Positions 33,391 to 43,952 are shown, counted from the stretch's first letter. The stretch is DNA of 64,000 nt from Opitutales bacterium (GCA_965197745.1 CBDANS010000007.1:864001-928000); one strand, 5' to 3'. Notes: a model not told the origin generated them from the sequence alone. Numbers and translations: made by a program.

Positions 33391-33593
33391 TAACCGAAGG
33401 TGCTCTTTTACGCGGACTGAGAAAATGGATCGGAGAGGCCCGTTAATGGGTAAGGGGTATATAATAGGTGGATATTTAAAGGACAAATGCAGTAATCTTC
33501 GTCCCGCAACTCGAAGAGATATACGGAAAATTCTACATATTAATTCCCAGGCAGATCAATCTGAGATTATCGCTCAAACTTTCTTTCGGCTAG

Positions 33594-33651
33594 GACGACG
33601 CGTGGCCCTCCCGATTGTTCTCTTCCTGGAGGGCCACGCGTCGTCGTGGCC
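33594..33651. repeat. GC-rich 18-bp perfect inverted repeat (REP-like family B), between convergent genes
   Basis: gacgacgcgtggccctcc (33594-33611) pairs with ggagggccacgcgtcgtc (33628-33645); a half-copy lies at 47229-47249. Confidence 0.8.
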
Positions 33652-33744
33652 GTAGTGAAACTATATTGTATGACAATGGGTCAAGTTACATCCTGGCGAG
33701 GGGGACAGTCCCATCGTCCTGTGTAACGAAGACTGGGGACGGGC

Positions 33745-35022
33745 TTAAGAGTAATATTCAATTGTAGTGCGTAATGCATCTACTTCCGCCTCAATTTTCT
33801 CCAGTGTCTGCATCCCCGTCTTTAAAAGATAAATATGCTTTTGAAATGATTCTACGTTAGGACACTCTCCTTCATGATATGCTTTAACTTCTCCCTTATA
33901 TCTTGGATCGAAGTGGGGCGATCGCTCGGGAGAACCGTAAAATGTCATAGTCTGGAAAATTGGTTCAAGATGTACCGGTGAACACATGCCGTAAAGACCG
34001 TCACCACCTAGTTCAATATACTTATTGCGGAAAGTATGCCAGTCCACACCCAGTGTTTCTTCATCGAGAATGAGAGGATAGGAAAAATAAGAGTGGACAA
34101 CTCCCTCTGGTACCACAGGAGGTATAAGCCAACTGCATTTTGTGTCTTCAATTACGGAATCATATTGGGATGCGATGTAACGACGCGCGGCGACGAGATA
34201 ATCAAGTCTTTCAAGTTGTCCCAGGCCAAGTGCTGCCTGCATTGATGACATGCGAAAATTATAGCCAAGACTATCGTGTCGTTTGAATCCCCAATCCTGG
34301 CGTTCATCGCGCGGGATCATGGTCTCTCCGGGCTTTGCCGCCAGGGTGCGATAACCCTGGACCGCAGCTTTACGGATTTTACCACCGTAATCTTTGTCTG
34401 AGGTGAGGACCATTCCGCCATCACCTGCCGTAGTCATATGTTTGGAGCCCTGAAAGCTGAAACTTGATGAGTGGCCTATGGTGCCGGCAATCCGGCCTTT
34501 ATAAATACCGAAGAAACATTGAGCGCTATCTTCAATGACGGTCAAATTATATTTCTCAGCCAATTCCAGGATAGGGTCCATATCAGCTGGTAATCCGAAA
34601 ATATGAACGGGAATGATAGCCTTGGTAAAGGGGGTGATTTTACGGGCGACGTCTGCCGGATCGATATTAAAGGTATGGGGGGCGCTATCGGCAAAAACCG
34701 GTACAGCTCCACATTGGATTGCGACAAAAGCGGTTGCAGCCATGGTGTTGGTTGGGACAATGACTTCATCACCCGGGCCAATACCGGCACCTAGCAAACA
34801 GGAGAGCAGTGTCCCTGAACCTGAATTATGTGAAATGGCGTAGGGGACGCCAAATTTTTCAGCAAAGGCAGACTCAAAGCGTTCAAGCATGTCAGCAGAT
34901 TCCCAATTTCCGAACCCGGCGTTGAGTACTTCTTCGACATAACGACAGTCAGCTTCGCCACATCGGTTAGCGGGTAAGTGGCTGAAAATTTCTTTCACAT
35001 CAAATTCTTTTAATTCAATCAT
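33745..35022 (-). CDS. DegT/DnrJ/EryC1/StrS PLP aminotransferase
   Basis: GPGDEVIVP, IEDSAQ, SFSFQGSKH (catalytic Lys), GYNFRM. Confidence 0.92.
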   Translation of the reverse strand: MIELKEFDVKEIFSHLPANRCGEADCRYVEEVLNAGFGNWESADMLERFESAFAEKFGVPYAISHNSGSGTLLSCLLGAGIGPGDEVIVPTNTMAATAFVAIQCGAVPVFADSAPHTFNIDPADVARKITPFTKAIIPVHIFGLPADMDPILELAEKYNLTVIEDSAQCFFGIYKGRIAGTIGHSSSFSFQGSKHMTTAGDGGMVLTSDKDYGGKIRKAAVQGYRTLAAKPGETMIPRDERQDWGFKRHDSLGYNFRMSSMQAALGLGQLERLDYLVAARRYIASQYDSVIEDTKCSWLIPPVVPEGVVHSYFSYPLILDEETLGVDWHTFRNKYIELGGDGLYGMCSPVHLEPIFQTMTFYGSPERSPHFDPRYKGEVKAYHEGECPNVESFQKHIYLLKTGMQTLEKIEAEVDALRTTIEYYS

Positions 35023-35364
35023 AATTTTTCCTCCTGAATATATTGAAAGTATTAATTCATATAAATGCCAAGAAATATCTGGATAAATTGGATTAGTTGA
35101 ACGCTAAATCCGTCACCTTAAAACATACCACAGGTAATATTATATTTGGTGAATGGGTGTTTTTTTGCTCTGTTGACTATAAATATTTCATTTATCATAT
35201 TATAGCTTAAAATTCATTCCATAAAATTGATTTTACTCAGAGCCAGATTTCTCACATCATGTGTCTAATATTAGCATACCACCTATTTTATAGGTATGAA
35301 TATTGAATATTTCACAACATGCCAGAAGGCCAAAGTTAGTAAGTAATTTTAACACTTTAAAGCC

Positions 35365-35778
35365 ATCAAAAAGATATATATCATAGAAGACGACGCGATG
35401 ATTTGTGATATGATTGAAAGAATCATCAACACTTATTTCGCGGATCTTGAATTAGTGGGAAGCAGTCAAAACGGTCGAGATGTATTAACTTTAAGCCCGG
35501 ATAAACAACCTGATATTGCAATTGTCGATATAATGCTACAGGGGGAAAGCGGTTTAGATATATTACAGCCGCTGAAAAAAAAATACCCGAATGTTAAAAT
35601 TCTCGTCTACTCGGGGTATCTTTCTCTCGACGCCATCAGTATGGCTGTAGCGGGTAAAGCAGACGGTGTTCTTGATAAAGCAGAGGGGGTAGATTCATTG
35701 AAGATAGCTATTTCTTCCCTTGAGGCTGGAGGGTACTATTATAATCCAGATATTATTGAACAATTGCAAACGGCCTGA
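35365..35778 (+). CDS. Stand-alone NarL-type receiver; start codon anomalous
   Basis: Homology to the other two receivers (KKIYIIEDD) begins at 35368, upstream of the first ATG (35398); PDIAIVDIML. Confidence 0.75.
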   Translation: MKKIYIIEDDAMICDMIERIINTYFADLELVGSSQNGRDVLTLSPDKQPDIAIVDIMLQGESGLDILQPLKKKYPNVKILVYSGYLSLDAISMAVAGKADGVLDKAEGVDSLKIAISSLEAGGYYYNPDIIEQLQTA

Positions 35779-35926
35779 ATCTAGTATAGGAATAGGGTAG
35801 CATTAGGTGGAAAGTCGAAAAACCTGACAGTTTTTCAGTGCAGGTGTGAGGTAGGATTAATTGGTCAATGATTTCTAATTGAAACTCAGGTATTCTCTTT
35901 AAATATTTAACCTTTAACCGTAAGTT

Positions 35927-37093
35927 CTATTCAGAGTTCAGGTGGTAGCCTACTAATTCAGCTATAACCGCTGATGATTCTGCATAGCGGCTTCGATAGA
36001 TAATGAAATTGAAAATCCCCGTTTGAGGTCCTTCCTGAATAATTATATTCTTTAATTCTGCAGATTCTGTCCAATCCATACTACCATAGAGGTAGGCATA
36101 GGAGTATTTATTATCTATTAATTTAAATGAGTAGTGGGTATTTTCTGCATCAGTATACCCAAAATCATAGTAATCGTCTAATTGAATGACACCATTAATC
36201 AATATTTCCTTACTCAAGTAGGAGATCTGGTCTCTTTCAAGTTCACTTAATAATTTAACTTTTTCCCCTGATAAATTTTTATCTGCGCTTTCCGTCAGCG
36301 GATCTTCGACCGGTTTTTCGGCGGGTACATCGACCGGTTCATCGGCAGCTGCTCCGGTATCCTCTTCCACTGGCTTTTCGGGTAGCGCTTCAACCGGTTC
36401 TTCTTCAGAGGGTACATCCTTCAATAGTGATATCTCGTCTTCGAGTTCTTTCGCTTTTTGATTAAACCGCACAGCTTCTTTGTGATTCCCCTGCTTTTTA
36501 TATTGTTTCGCTGTTTTTCGATACCACCCGGCTGCTTCAGCGAAATCTATCGTCACTCCATTACCCTGGCGGTAGTAATCACCCAATGTCGATAGGGCGA
36601 ATAAATCACCTTCTTCTGCTGCTCGCTGGCACCATAGAATGGCTTTTCTGTAATGGCCATGCATTTTGAGATGGTTGGCAGCTTTAACTGTCCATTTTGC
36701 AGCTTCGCTGTAACTTTGGGGCAGACCATGCCCGTTACCGTAAAGTAACCCTAAATAATACTGTGCTTTTGGAAAATCCTGTTCAGCCGCTAAATAAAAC
36801 CAATTGGCTGCTTCTTTAACATCTTTATCGACGCCATCGCCTTTGGAATAAATCACACCTAGATTATATTGTGCTTTTATATGCCCCTCGCTTGCGGCAT
36901 TACGTAACCATTTCACAGCTTCCACCGGGTCTTTTTCCACGCCTTTACCTGAATAATATTTCATCCCTTGAAGATAATGCTTTTCCGTGGTGTTGGCTTC
37001 GGGTGATTGGCCCAGTGCTTCTCCCAAAGGATATAAGATAACGCCAGAAAGGATGATGATCAGAAAGAAAAAGTGATGATACTTTAAGGTCAT
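35927..37093 (-). CDS. Secreted Sel1-like repeat protein with an acidic/Pro-rich linker
   Basis: AQYNLG..Y..G.GV.KD..EA..W repeats; EEPVE/EKPVE linker repeats. Confidence 0.87.
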   Translation of the reverse strand: MTLKYHHFFFLIIILSGVILYPLGEALGQSPEANTTEKHYLQGMKYYSGKGVEKDPVEAVKWLRNAASEGHIKAQYNLGVIYSKGDGVDKDVKEAANWFYLAAEQDFPKAQYYLGLLYGNGHGLPQSYSEAAKWTVKAANHLKMHGHYRKAILWCQRAAEEGDLFALSTLGDYYRQGNGVTIDFAEAAGWYRKTAKQYKKQGNHKEAVRFNQKAKELEDEISLLKDVPSEEEPVEALPEKPVEEDTGAAADEPVDVPAEKPVEDPLTESADKNLSGEKVKLLSELERDQISYLSKEILINGVIQLDDYYDFGYTDAENTHYSFKLIDNKYSYAYLYGSMDWTESAELKNIIIQEGPQTGIFNFIIYRSRYAESSAVIAELVGYHLNSE

Positions 37094-37301
37094 GGATAAA
37101 ATTTAGATAGCCAAAAAATATAAGCAATAGAATGATTACAGTAAATAATAAATTGTCATCCCCGGTCAGATTTCACCTGTATTAATTGAATCGAATGACT
37201 TTCGTTCTTTAGGCACTGATAACTACTGTCTTATCCTTGCGCTGAATAATTCTTGTCCATAAATTATACTTAAAGTAATCCGATTTATTAAAGGGGGAAC
37301 T

Positions 37302-39833
37302 ATGAAAAGAATATTATGTGCGGGGCTAATTCTATTTCAATATTTAATTCCAGGTAATGATCTAGACGCGAATCCAGAAGCTTTTGTCGTGGAGGTGGCG
37401 ACCCAGGATCAGCTTCCTGGGGGAAAAGAGGCCGATGGAATAATTGGCGATTTTATCATGCGTAATAATTTGATCGAAGCAGTCATTGCCCATAATGCGT
37501 ATTTACGTAAAGCCAATATGGCGACGAACTGGGAGGGAGCGACTCCCGGGTGTCTCTATGATTTGACCCTTAGAGGAACGAACAATGACCAGATAACAGT
37601 TTTCGCGCCTTCAATGCAGAAAGGCCCTGTCTCTTATGTGCGAATTGTAAACGATGGCAGCGAGGGTAATGCCATCGTCGAAACCGTTGTGTCGGCAGCA
37701 ATCAATAAAGGGCTGTTTAAACGGCATGAGTACCATTTACAGGACGACTGGCAGGGCCTCTATGTTATCACCACATTGCATAATAAATCATTAGAACCGA
37801 TCACTATAGAAACGGTAGATTATATAACCAACATACCACCCAAAACGGTTACTTTATCTAATTTAAAAACAGTTAGAGGGATAACGGTTGGAGACGCCAT
37901 TGATCCTCACCATAAAGCAGGGTATGCCTGTGGCTGGGTGGAACGAGAGGGAATGACCGCACCTTCTAAGAGTATTGAATTAGCACCGAATGAGGAGATA
38001 CGTTATGCGCGATTCCTAATGGTGGGGAATTCACCCGCTCAGGCATTTGGTCTTGTTGCCGAGCGTCAAGGGAGCGTGGGAATGGTTATGGGAACGCTTA
38101 AAGAAAAAGATGGAAACACTGCTCCATTTGCCAAGGTAGATGTAAAACTGGAAGACGAGACAATCACGGCCTACCCGGATAGTGAGGGAAAATATAGTTT
38201 TAAACTTCCGGAAGGAAAATACAACCTGACGGTTAAGGATCTTGGGCGTCCTTGGATAGAAAAGAAAATATCTGTTCGGGCCGGTAAAACAATAAAGGAA
38301 AACTTTGTTTTGAAACCAGCTTCAGCAATCCAATTTTCAATTCGTGGTGATGATGGGCTTAGCATTCCGTGCAAGGCACAGTTTATTGGCATTGAGGGGA
38401 CACCCTCGCCGAACCTGGGGCCCAGTAACCGCGCTCACGGTTGTTTGGACCAGTATCATTCGGAAAGCGGGGATTTCCGTGTGCAACTATCACCGGGTAA
38501 TTACCGTGTCATTGTTACTCATGGAATTGAATATACGTATTTTGAAAAAGTCGTAACCATTGAAGAGGGAAATACGACGCCGATTGAAGGCACCCTCGCA
38601 AGAATCGTTAATACCTCAGGTTGGATCAGTGCGGATTACCACAATCACTCCTCTCCGAGCGGTGATAATACTACGGGCACCGATGATAGAATTATAAACC
38701 TCGCTGCCGAACAGATCGAATTCGCTCCAACGACAGAGCATAACCGAATCTACGATTGGCGTCCGCACATTGAAAAACTTGGCCTGGAGGAAGCAATAAC
38801 AACCATTCCGGGGATGGAATTAACCGGGCCGGGACAACACTTAAACTCATTTCCCATTAAACCGGTCCCCTTTACCCAGGATGGTGGCGCGCCGGTATGG
38901 CAGACCGACCCACGAATTAATGCGATCGTCCTGCGTAATTATCGGGGTTTTAAACCCGAGCGCTGGGTGCATCTTAATCATCCTGACATGGTAAAAGACT
39001 TTAATGATGTGAATGGTGACGGTCATGCGGATGGAGGATATCAGGGGCTACAGGATTTAATTGATGCGGCCGAAACCTATGTGGGGAACACCAGAAATTA
39101 CAATATTTTCGCGCGAGCCCCTTTTCATATCGGGAATAATGATGCAGGTAAGGAGGAAGTTCACTATGACCGACAGTTTATCTGGCTACAGTTGCTCAAT
39201 CGCGGTCACCGCTATTGGAGTATCGCTGTTTCCGACGCGCATTCTGTGCACGGTAACGGTGTCGGCGGTTGGAGAATATATGTGCCGAGTTCAAGCGACC
39301 AACCTTCAAAACTTGATTGGAAAGAGCTCATAAGAAATTCCAAAGCGGGACAGATTCTCATGACCAACGGGCCATTTTTACAGGTTGAAACCGAAGATGG
39401 TGTGATCGCAGGCGGCACGACACGAGCTATGGGCTCCATAAAACTGAAGGTTAAAGTGCAGTGTACGGATTGGATCGATATTGACCGCATCCAGGTCCTT
39501 GTGAATAGCAGACAACGAAGTGATTTGAATTATACTCGGGAGAGCCACCCCCAGATGTTTCAGGATGGCATTGTAAAATTTGATCAAACCCTACACGTGC
39601 CCATCTCTGAAGACAGCCATTTGATTGTCATTGCCTACGGTGAGAATTCTAATTTAGAGAAAGGCTATGGAAGCAGTTGGCAGGCGGAAATGCATCCCTG
39701 CGCTTATATAAATCCGATTTTCGTCGACGCTGATGGTGGCGGGTTTACGCCCAATGGTGATACGCTTGATTTCCCTATCCCGACCAAAGGCTTATCTGTG
39801 GATGCCGCGAAAAAAATTCTCGAACGGTTGTAA
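37302..39833 (+). CDS. Secreted PHP-fold metallohydrolase (CehA/McbA-like)
   Basis: ADYHNHS, TEHN, NHP and VSDAH metal motifs; signal peptide; RBS GGGGG upstream. Confidence 0.8.
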   Translation: MKRILCAGLILFQYLIPGNDLDANPEAFVVEVATQDQLPGGKEADGIIGDFIMRNNLIEAVIAHNAYLRKANMATNWEGATPGCLYDLTLRGTNNDQITVFAPSMQKGPVSYVRIVNDGSEGNAIVETVVSAAINKGLFKRHEYHLQDDWQGLYVITTLHNKSLEPITIETVDYITNIPPKTVTLSNLKTVRGITVGDAIDPHHKAGYACGWVEREGMTAPSKSIELAPNEEIRYARFLMVGNSPAQAFGLVAERQGSVGMVMGTLKEKDGNTAPFAKVDVKLEDETITAYPDSEGKYSFKLPEGKYNLTVKDLGRPWIEKKISVRAGKTIKENFVLKPASAIQFSIRGDDGLSIPCKAQFIGIEGTPSPNLGPSNRAHGCLDQYHSESGDFRVQLSPGNYRVIVTHGIEYTYFEKVVTIEEGNTTPIEGTLARIVNTSGWISADYHNHSSPSGDNTTGTDDRIINLAAEQIEFAPTTEHNRIYDWRPHIEKLGLEEAITTIPGMELTGPGQHLNSFPIKPVPFTQDGGAPVWQTDPRINAIVLRNYRGFKPERWVHLNHPDMVKDFNDVNGDGHADGGYQGLQDLIDAAETYVGNTRNYNIFARAPFHIGNNDAGKEEVHYDRQFIWLQLLNRGHRYWSIAVSDAHSVHGNGVGGWRIYVPSSSDQPSKLDWKELIRNSKAGQILMTNGPFLQVETEDGVIAGGTTRAMGSIKLKVKVQCTDWIDIDRIQVLVNSRQRSDLNYTRESHPQMFQDGIVKFDQTLHVPISEDSHLIVIAYGENSNLEKGYGSSWQAEMHPCAYINPIFVDADGGGFTPNGDTLDFPIPTKGLSVDAAKKILERL

Positions 39834-39845
39834 CCAGTGGGAGTT

Positions 39846-39931
39846 TTAAGTGTTAGGATTTAAGCTTAAGATAAATTCAAGAATTACTTCCATTTTTATC
39901 TAAAACTTAACACTTAAATCCTAACACTTAA
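39846..39931. repeat. 19-bp inverted repeat built of TTAAG-type heptamers
   Basis: ttaagtgttaggatttaag (39846-39864) pairs with cttaaatcctaacacttaa (39913-39931). Confidence 0.8.
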
Positions 39932-39956
39932 CATTTTTCCATTGGAAAAATGTTAA
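39928..39956. terminator. Hairpin between convergent genes, possible bidirectional terminator
   Basis: ttaacatttttcc-att-ggaaaaatgttaa, a 13-bp perfect stem overlapping the SDR stop codon. Confidence 0.55.
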
Positions 39957-40738
39957 ACCGTAGCGCTTGACCCGCCGTCAATATTTATCGATGTGCCGGT
40001 TATGAATGCACCGCGATCAGAGACAAGGAAAGCTACGAGATCCGCAACCTCACTGGCTTCACCAAATCGTCCTAAAGGAATTTTTTTGCCCTCTTCAACA
40101 CACCAGTCTTCATAACTGAGCGGACTGTTTAATGACTGCCAAACGCGAACACCCTGGGCGGATTTGATATTTATCAGACAAACAGTATTAACACGAATTC
40201 CGTGTGGTGCCATGTCATGGGATAAAGCCTTGGTAAAGGCGATACCCGCAGCGCGAGTGACTGAGGTCGGCATTGTTTGAGCACCGGGCGCCTTTCCCAA
40301 GGGGTGTGTGATATTAATAATGCATCCGGTCCCTTTCTTTTTCATATGTGGAATCACTTTTCGCGCACATCGCACGGCAGACCAGAATTTAAGGTTAAAA
40401 TCTTCCTGCCATAGCTCTTCGGTTGTATCTTCGAATGGATAGCCCGCCGCCCTTCCCGCATTATTGATCAAAATGTCTACATCATCAAATTCTGTAATCA
40501 CCGCATTGAGAAACTTGATAATTTCCTGCTCAACAGTAACGTCAGCGGGGATCGCCAGTATTTGAGCGCCGGTATTCTTTCGTATTTCTTGGGCAGCATC
40601 ATTCAGCACTCCGGAGCGGCGTGCGCAGACAGCGACGCGACAACCTTCTTCAGCCAGCTTATTGGCAATCGCTTTGCCGATTCCTTCACTCCCTCCTGTT
40701 ATAACGGCAACCTTTCCGGTGAGATTAGTTTCTATCAT
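39953..40738 (-). CDS. Short-chain dehydrogenase/reductase
   Basis: TGGSEGIG, NNAG, ITGTSINIDGG; the canonical YxxxK is replaced by SVTRA. Confidence 0.9.
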   Translation of the reverse strand: MIETNLTGKVAVITGGSEGIGKAIANKLAEEGCRVAVCARRSGVLNDAAQEIRKNTGAQILAIPADVTVEQEIIKFLNAVITEFDDVDILINNAGRAAGYPFEDTTEELWQEDFNLKFWSAVRCARKVIPHMKKKGTGCIINITHPLGKAPGAQTMPTSVTRAAGIAFTKALSHDMAPHGIRVNTVCLINIKSAQGVRVWQSLNSPLSYEDWCVEEGKKIPLGRFGEASEVADLVAFLVSDRGAFITGTSINIDGGSSATV

Positions 40739-40785
40739 TTTTAAAAATATGTGGGTTCAATAAAACGGATTGGCGCATTGCGAAT

Positions 40786-41664
40786 CTATACTGGCATAGT
40801 CCTTTTTGTATAGGTCCTGCCTGTTTTTACCCCTGCTTCACGATCATAACAGTTCATCATCATCACTCCGTCATCGATTTTACTGGCAACGTCGTCAGTA
40901 TGGGCACCTTCCAGGAAGTTTATTCCTGCATTAAGGCAGGCGGATTTAACCTTATTGCGTGCGGCCCACATATCCGGCGAGTAGGGGGGGTCGTGGGCAT
41001 TGGGGTAACCTAGCGACATCCCCATGTCGCCCGGTCCCCATTCAGCAAAAATAAGGCCCGGTACCTTGGCCGTGGCCTCCGCCTTGGCGAGGGCGCGCTT
41101 ATTTTCAATTTTCAGCCCGAGCATAATTTCACCATTTGGATTTAAGGGCCAGGGGTCAGCCTTCTCCAGGTAGTCATTCGGGGAAATACCCCAGATATCC
41201 GCCGCTTTCGCTTGTCCCCCTGCTCCGCGTCGACCCGGTTCGTCACCCTCTTTTAAACCAGCCGTTTGGAAAGGAAAGCGACAGGATTGGACGAATGTTT
41301 GAACCGCTTCTGGGGATTCTGCGTGACACAAGAGTATGCCATGTACTCCCTGACACAGGGCTTGTTTGAACATCCACGCGTTCGCGCGAACGGCGGCTAC
41401 ACTGGAACCTTCGACAGGCAAGTCGATGCATACTGCTGGTGTGTGGTGACCGCTGGCTGTCGGACCGCCGTCGACCAGACCGCGCATGAAGGCTCCGAGT
41501 GCGACAATGTCAAAAGTATTGTGCTCCATACTCACTTGAATAGAGTCGGCAAAAGTTTTAGCTGAAGCTTTGCCGCCTTCGTAGCTTATATCTTGAGCGA
41601 CGGTATAATAAACCGGTTGACCCTGTTCCAGCAGCTCAATGACTTTATTGATACGTTTAGGCAT
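40786..41664 (-). CDS. HpcH/HpaI aldolase family protein
   Basis: MEH, LKIEN and WGPGDMGMSLG motifs. Confidence 0.8.
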   Translation of the reverse strand: MPKRINKVIELLEQGQPVYYTVAQDISYEGGKASAKTFADSIQVSMEHNTFDIVALGAFMRGLVDGGPTASGHHTPAVCIDLPVEGSSVAAVRANAWMFKQALCQGVHGILLCHAESPEAVQTFVQSCRFPFQTAGLKEGDEPGRRGAGGQAKAADIWGISPNDYLEKADPWPLNPNGEIMLGLKIENKRALAKAEATAKVPGLIFAEWGPGDMGMSLGYPNAHDPPYSPDMWAARNKVKSACLNAGINFLEGAHTDDVASKIDDGVMMMNCYDREAGVKTGRTYTKRTMPV

Positions 41665-41713
41665 AATTTTTAATTTATCGATAGGAGATTAAATATTTTC
41701 ATTCTACATCTGT

Positions 41714-42574
41714 TTATTCACCGAAACGTTTAGCCAAGGCGTACTTATCTTCTACACCGATCAGCTCATTGAAAGCTTTAAAATTCATAAGGCGGTCTTC
41801 TTCCCCCAGGGTAGTTCCATCGTCGTAGAGCTTCTGGTAAATAATACGCATTACCTGGGCCGCTGAATACAGGCCTGCCAGGGGATAGAGAATGAGGTGA
41901 AATCCCATTTCAGCCAATTGCTCTTTCGGTAATACCGGCGTCTTTCCCCCTTCGATCATATTGGCGACATTCGGCGCGGGAGAACGCCGCCCGACCTCGG
42001 CCAGTTGTTCCAGGGAACCCGGGGCTTCGACAAAACTGGCATCCGCTCCCAATTCGCGGGCGCCTTCTACCCGGGCAATGGCTTCTTCCAGGTTTATGGC
42101 AGCTTCTGCGTCGGTGCGAGCCACGATAAAGAAATCCCGGTTGTTGCGTGCTTCAACCGCAGCTCGAATTTTGTCTAAATATTGCTCGCGCTCTATTACT
42201 TTCTTCCCGCGCATATGACCACACTTCTTTGGCCAGACCTGGTCTTCGAGGAAACAACCCGCGGCGCCTGCGGCAATTAGATCATTAATCGTGCGGTAGA
42301 CATTCAGCGGGTTTCCATAACCAGTATCCGCGTCTATAATAATAGGTATGGATACGCTTACGCAAATGTGGCGCGCGCGGTCTTTCATTTCTGTCTGTGT
42401 TAACAGTCCCATATCCGGTTCACCAATCTCCGAGGCTGACACTGAATAGCCGGAGACAAATCCCAAGGGAAATCCTACCTGCTCTGCGATTTTCGCTGAG
42501 AGTGCGTCGTAGACACCGGGAAAAGCAATGGAACCGACTTCATCGAGAATGCCTTGAATGCGATTTTTACTCAT
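41714..42574 (-). CDS. Isocitrate lyase/PEP mutase superfamily C-C lyase (methylisocitrate/dimethylmalate lyase-like)
   Basis: DADTGYG, LEDQVWPKKCGH with the catalytic Cys, ARTDA. Confidence 0.88.
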   Translation of the reverse strand: MSKNRIQGILDEVGSIAFPGVYDALSAKIAEQVGFPLGFVSGYSVSASEIGEPDMGLLTQTEMKDRARHICVSVSIPIIIDADTGYGNPLNVYRTINDLIAAGAAGCFLEDQVWPKKCGHMRGKKVIEREQYLDKIRAAVEARNNRDFFIVARTDAEAAINLEEAIARVEGARELGADASFVEAPGSLEQLAEVGRRSPAPNVANMIEGGKTPVLPKEQLAEMGFHLILYPLAGLYSAAQVMRIIYQKLYDDGTTLGEEDRLMNFKAFNELIGVEDKYALAKRFGE

Positions 42575-42680
42575 GATATCCGGTTTAAGAGTGATTGCTT
42601 AATTCAATATTTACTAAAATTACCATCTCTTGAGAAAAACGGTCAAGTGTGTAGGTCAATACCCTTTTATTATTATACAC

Positions 42681-42769
42681 TTCGTCTTTGCTTGTCACGG
42701 CGTAGTCCCGCGGTCGCGGGACGAAGTACGGTTCTGCCTCCTCGTCTTCGTCCTCGATTGAAATAGCGA
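42681..42769 (-). repeat. REP-like family A, full ~90-bp copy
   Basis: Its reverse complement aligns end to end with 47302-47390. Confidence 0.75.
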
Positions 42770-42952
42770 TCAGCCGTCGCCCCGCAACCGCGGAGCAATG
42801 CCCGATAGGCAGGAGTGTGTCCCTCCAATCCCCGGCCGACCGGTGCTTATCTCTGAACGTTGAGTTCCTTTTGACTTTCGATGTATTGCATTTAGAATTT
42901 TTTTAATTAATTATTCTTGCTTACTTTATGCTCCCAAAAAATCTACAGAACC

Positions 42953-43804
42953 ATGATTAAATCGATAAAAACAACCGAGCGTGTCTTAACCGATTCCCAG
43001 GTTGAACATTTTAATACTTTTGGTTTTCTCCTGCGCCGAAAACTGTTCAGTGCTGAGGAAATGAATAAAATCAGTAAAGAGTATGAAATCGGGCTGACCA
43101 ATACCATGAACCATAATAAAAAAGCGGTGGGCGAACGCGGGCAGTTTAACTGGTCGAATTTGAGCCCCCGGATTTCATATATAAGTGGTCTTATGGAAGA
43201 CCCGCGTATTGTTGGCGCTGCAGAGCAACTGCTGGGTGAAGATGCCTTCGGTAACAGTACTAACTGCAACCTCTTTAATGGAAACCGCACGGAATGGCAT
43301 CCAGATTTGGACACCCATCATTTTAGGGGGGCTAAATTCCTTCTCTATTCACCTGCTATCGACGGTAATAGCGGGGCACTGCGCGTTATTCCGGGGTCAC
43401 ATAAAGCTGAATTTAGCGAGCAGCTTCATCGCATCGGTCTGAAAGGATCCAGCGATGTGACCAACAGTTCCTATTTAGAACGATCAGGACTCGGGATAAA
43501 TGATATCCCGGCCTATGTATGTAATTCAGAGCCCGGGGACATGATAACTTTTGATTCTCGACTCTGGCATGCCTCCTGGGCTGGAAAAAAAGGACGACGC
43601 ATGGTTAGTTTCAATTTCTGTGCTTACCCAAAAACGGCCGAGGAAAAGCAGGCGATGATACTGGATGCAGAGATATCGCGTAATATTGTTAAGGAATTAT
43701 TCCCCGAACCGCCAAATTATGACCTGTGGCTGGAGCGTGCCGAAAGTAACCCGAGATTTAAACACTGGGTGCCCGCTTTAAAAAAGTTCGGGTTTATGGA
43801 CTAG
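42953..43804 (+). CDS. Phytanoyl-CoA dioxygenase (PhyH) family 2OG-Fe(II) enzyme
   Basis: WHPD (HxD), GALRVIPGSH, LWHAS; in-frame ATG at 42953. Confidence 0.87.
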   Translation: MIKSIKTTERVLTDSQVEHFNTFGFLLRRKLFSAEEMNKISKEYEIGLTNTMNHNKKAVGERGQFNWSNLSPRISYISGLMEDPRIVGAAEQLLGEDAFGNSTNCNLFNGNRTEWHPDLDTHHFRGAKFLLYSPAIDGNSGALRVIPGSHKAEFSEQLHRIGLKGSSDVTNSSYLERSGLGINDIPAYVCNSEPGDMITFDSRLWHASWAGKKGRRMVSFNFCAYPKTAEEKQAMILDAEISRNIVKELFPEPPNYDLWLERAESNPRFKHWVPALKKFGFMD

Positions 43805-43952
43805 GTGAAAAGTCTAAAGTCGAAGGTCAAAAGTCGAATGAGAAGATAATATTTTTATACTAGATCCTTCAATTTATAATCCATTTTCTTATATAAAACT
43901 TAAAACCTAACACTGAAAAATAGTTAATTTTTCAACTTTCGACACTTCGCCT

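Noticed and set aside
33425..33655. 76-aa ORF between the FG-GAP and DegT genes
   Set aside because: It runs through the family B inverted repeat and has no recognisable motif.
41714..42574. PEP mutase marking phosphonate biosynthesis
   Set aside because: The active-site loop is KKCGH (lyase type), not the EDKxxxxxNS of true PEP mutases, and there is no phosphonopyruvate decarboxylase nearby.
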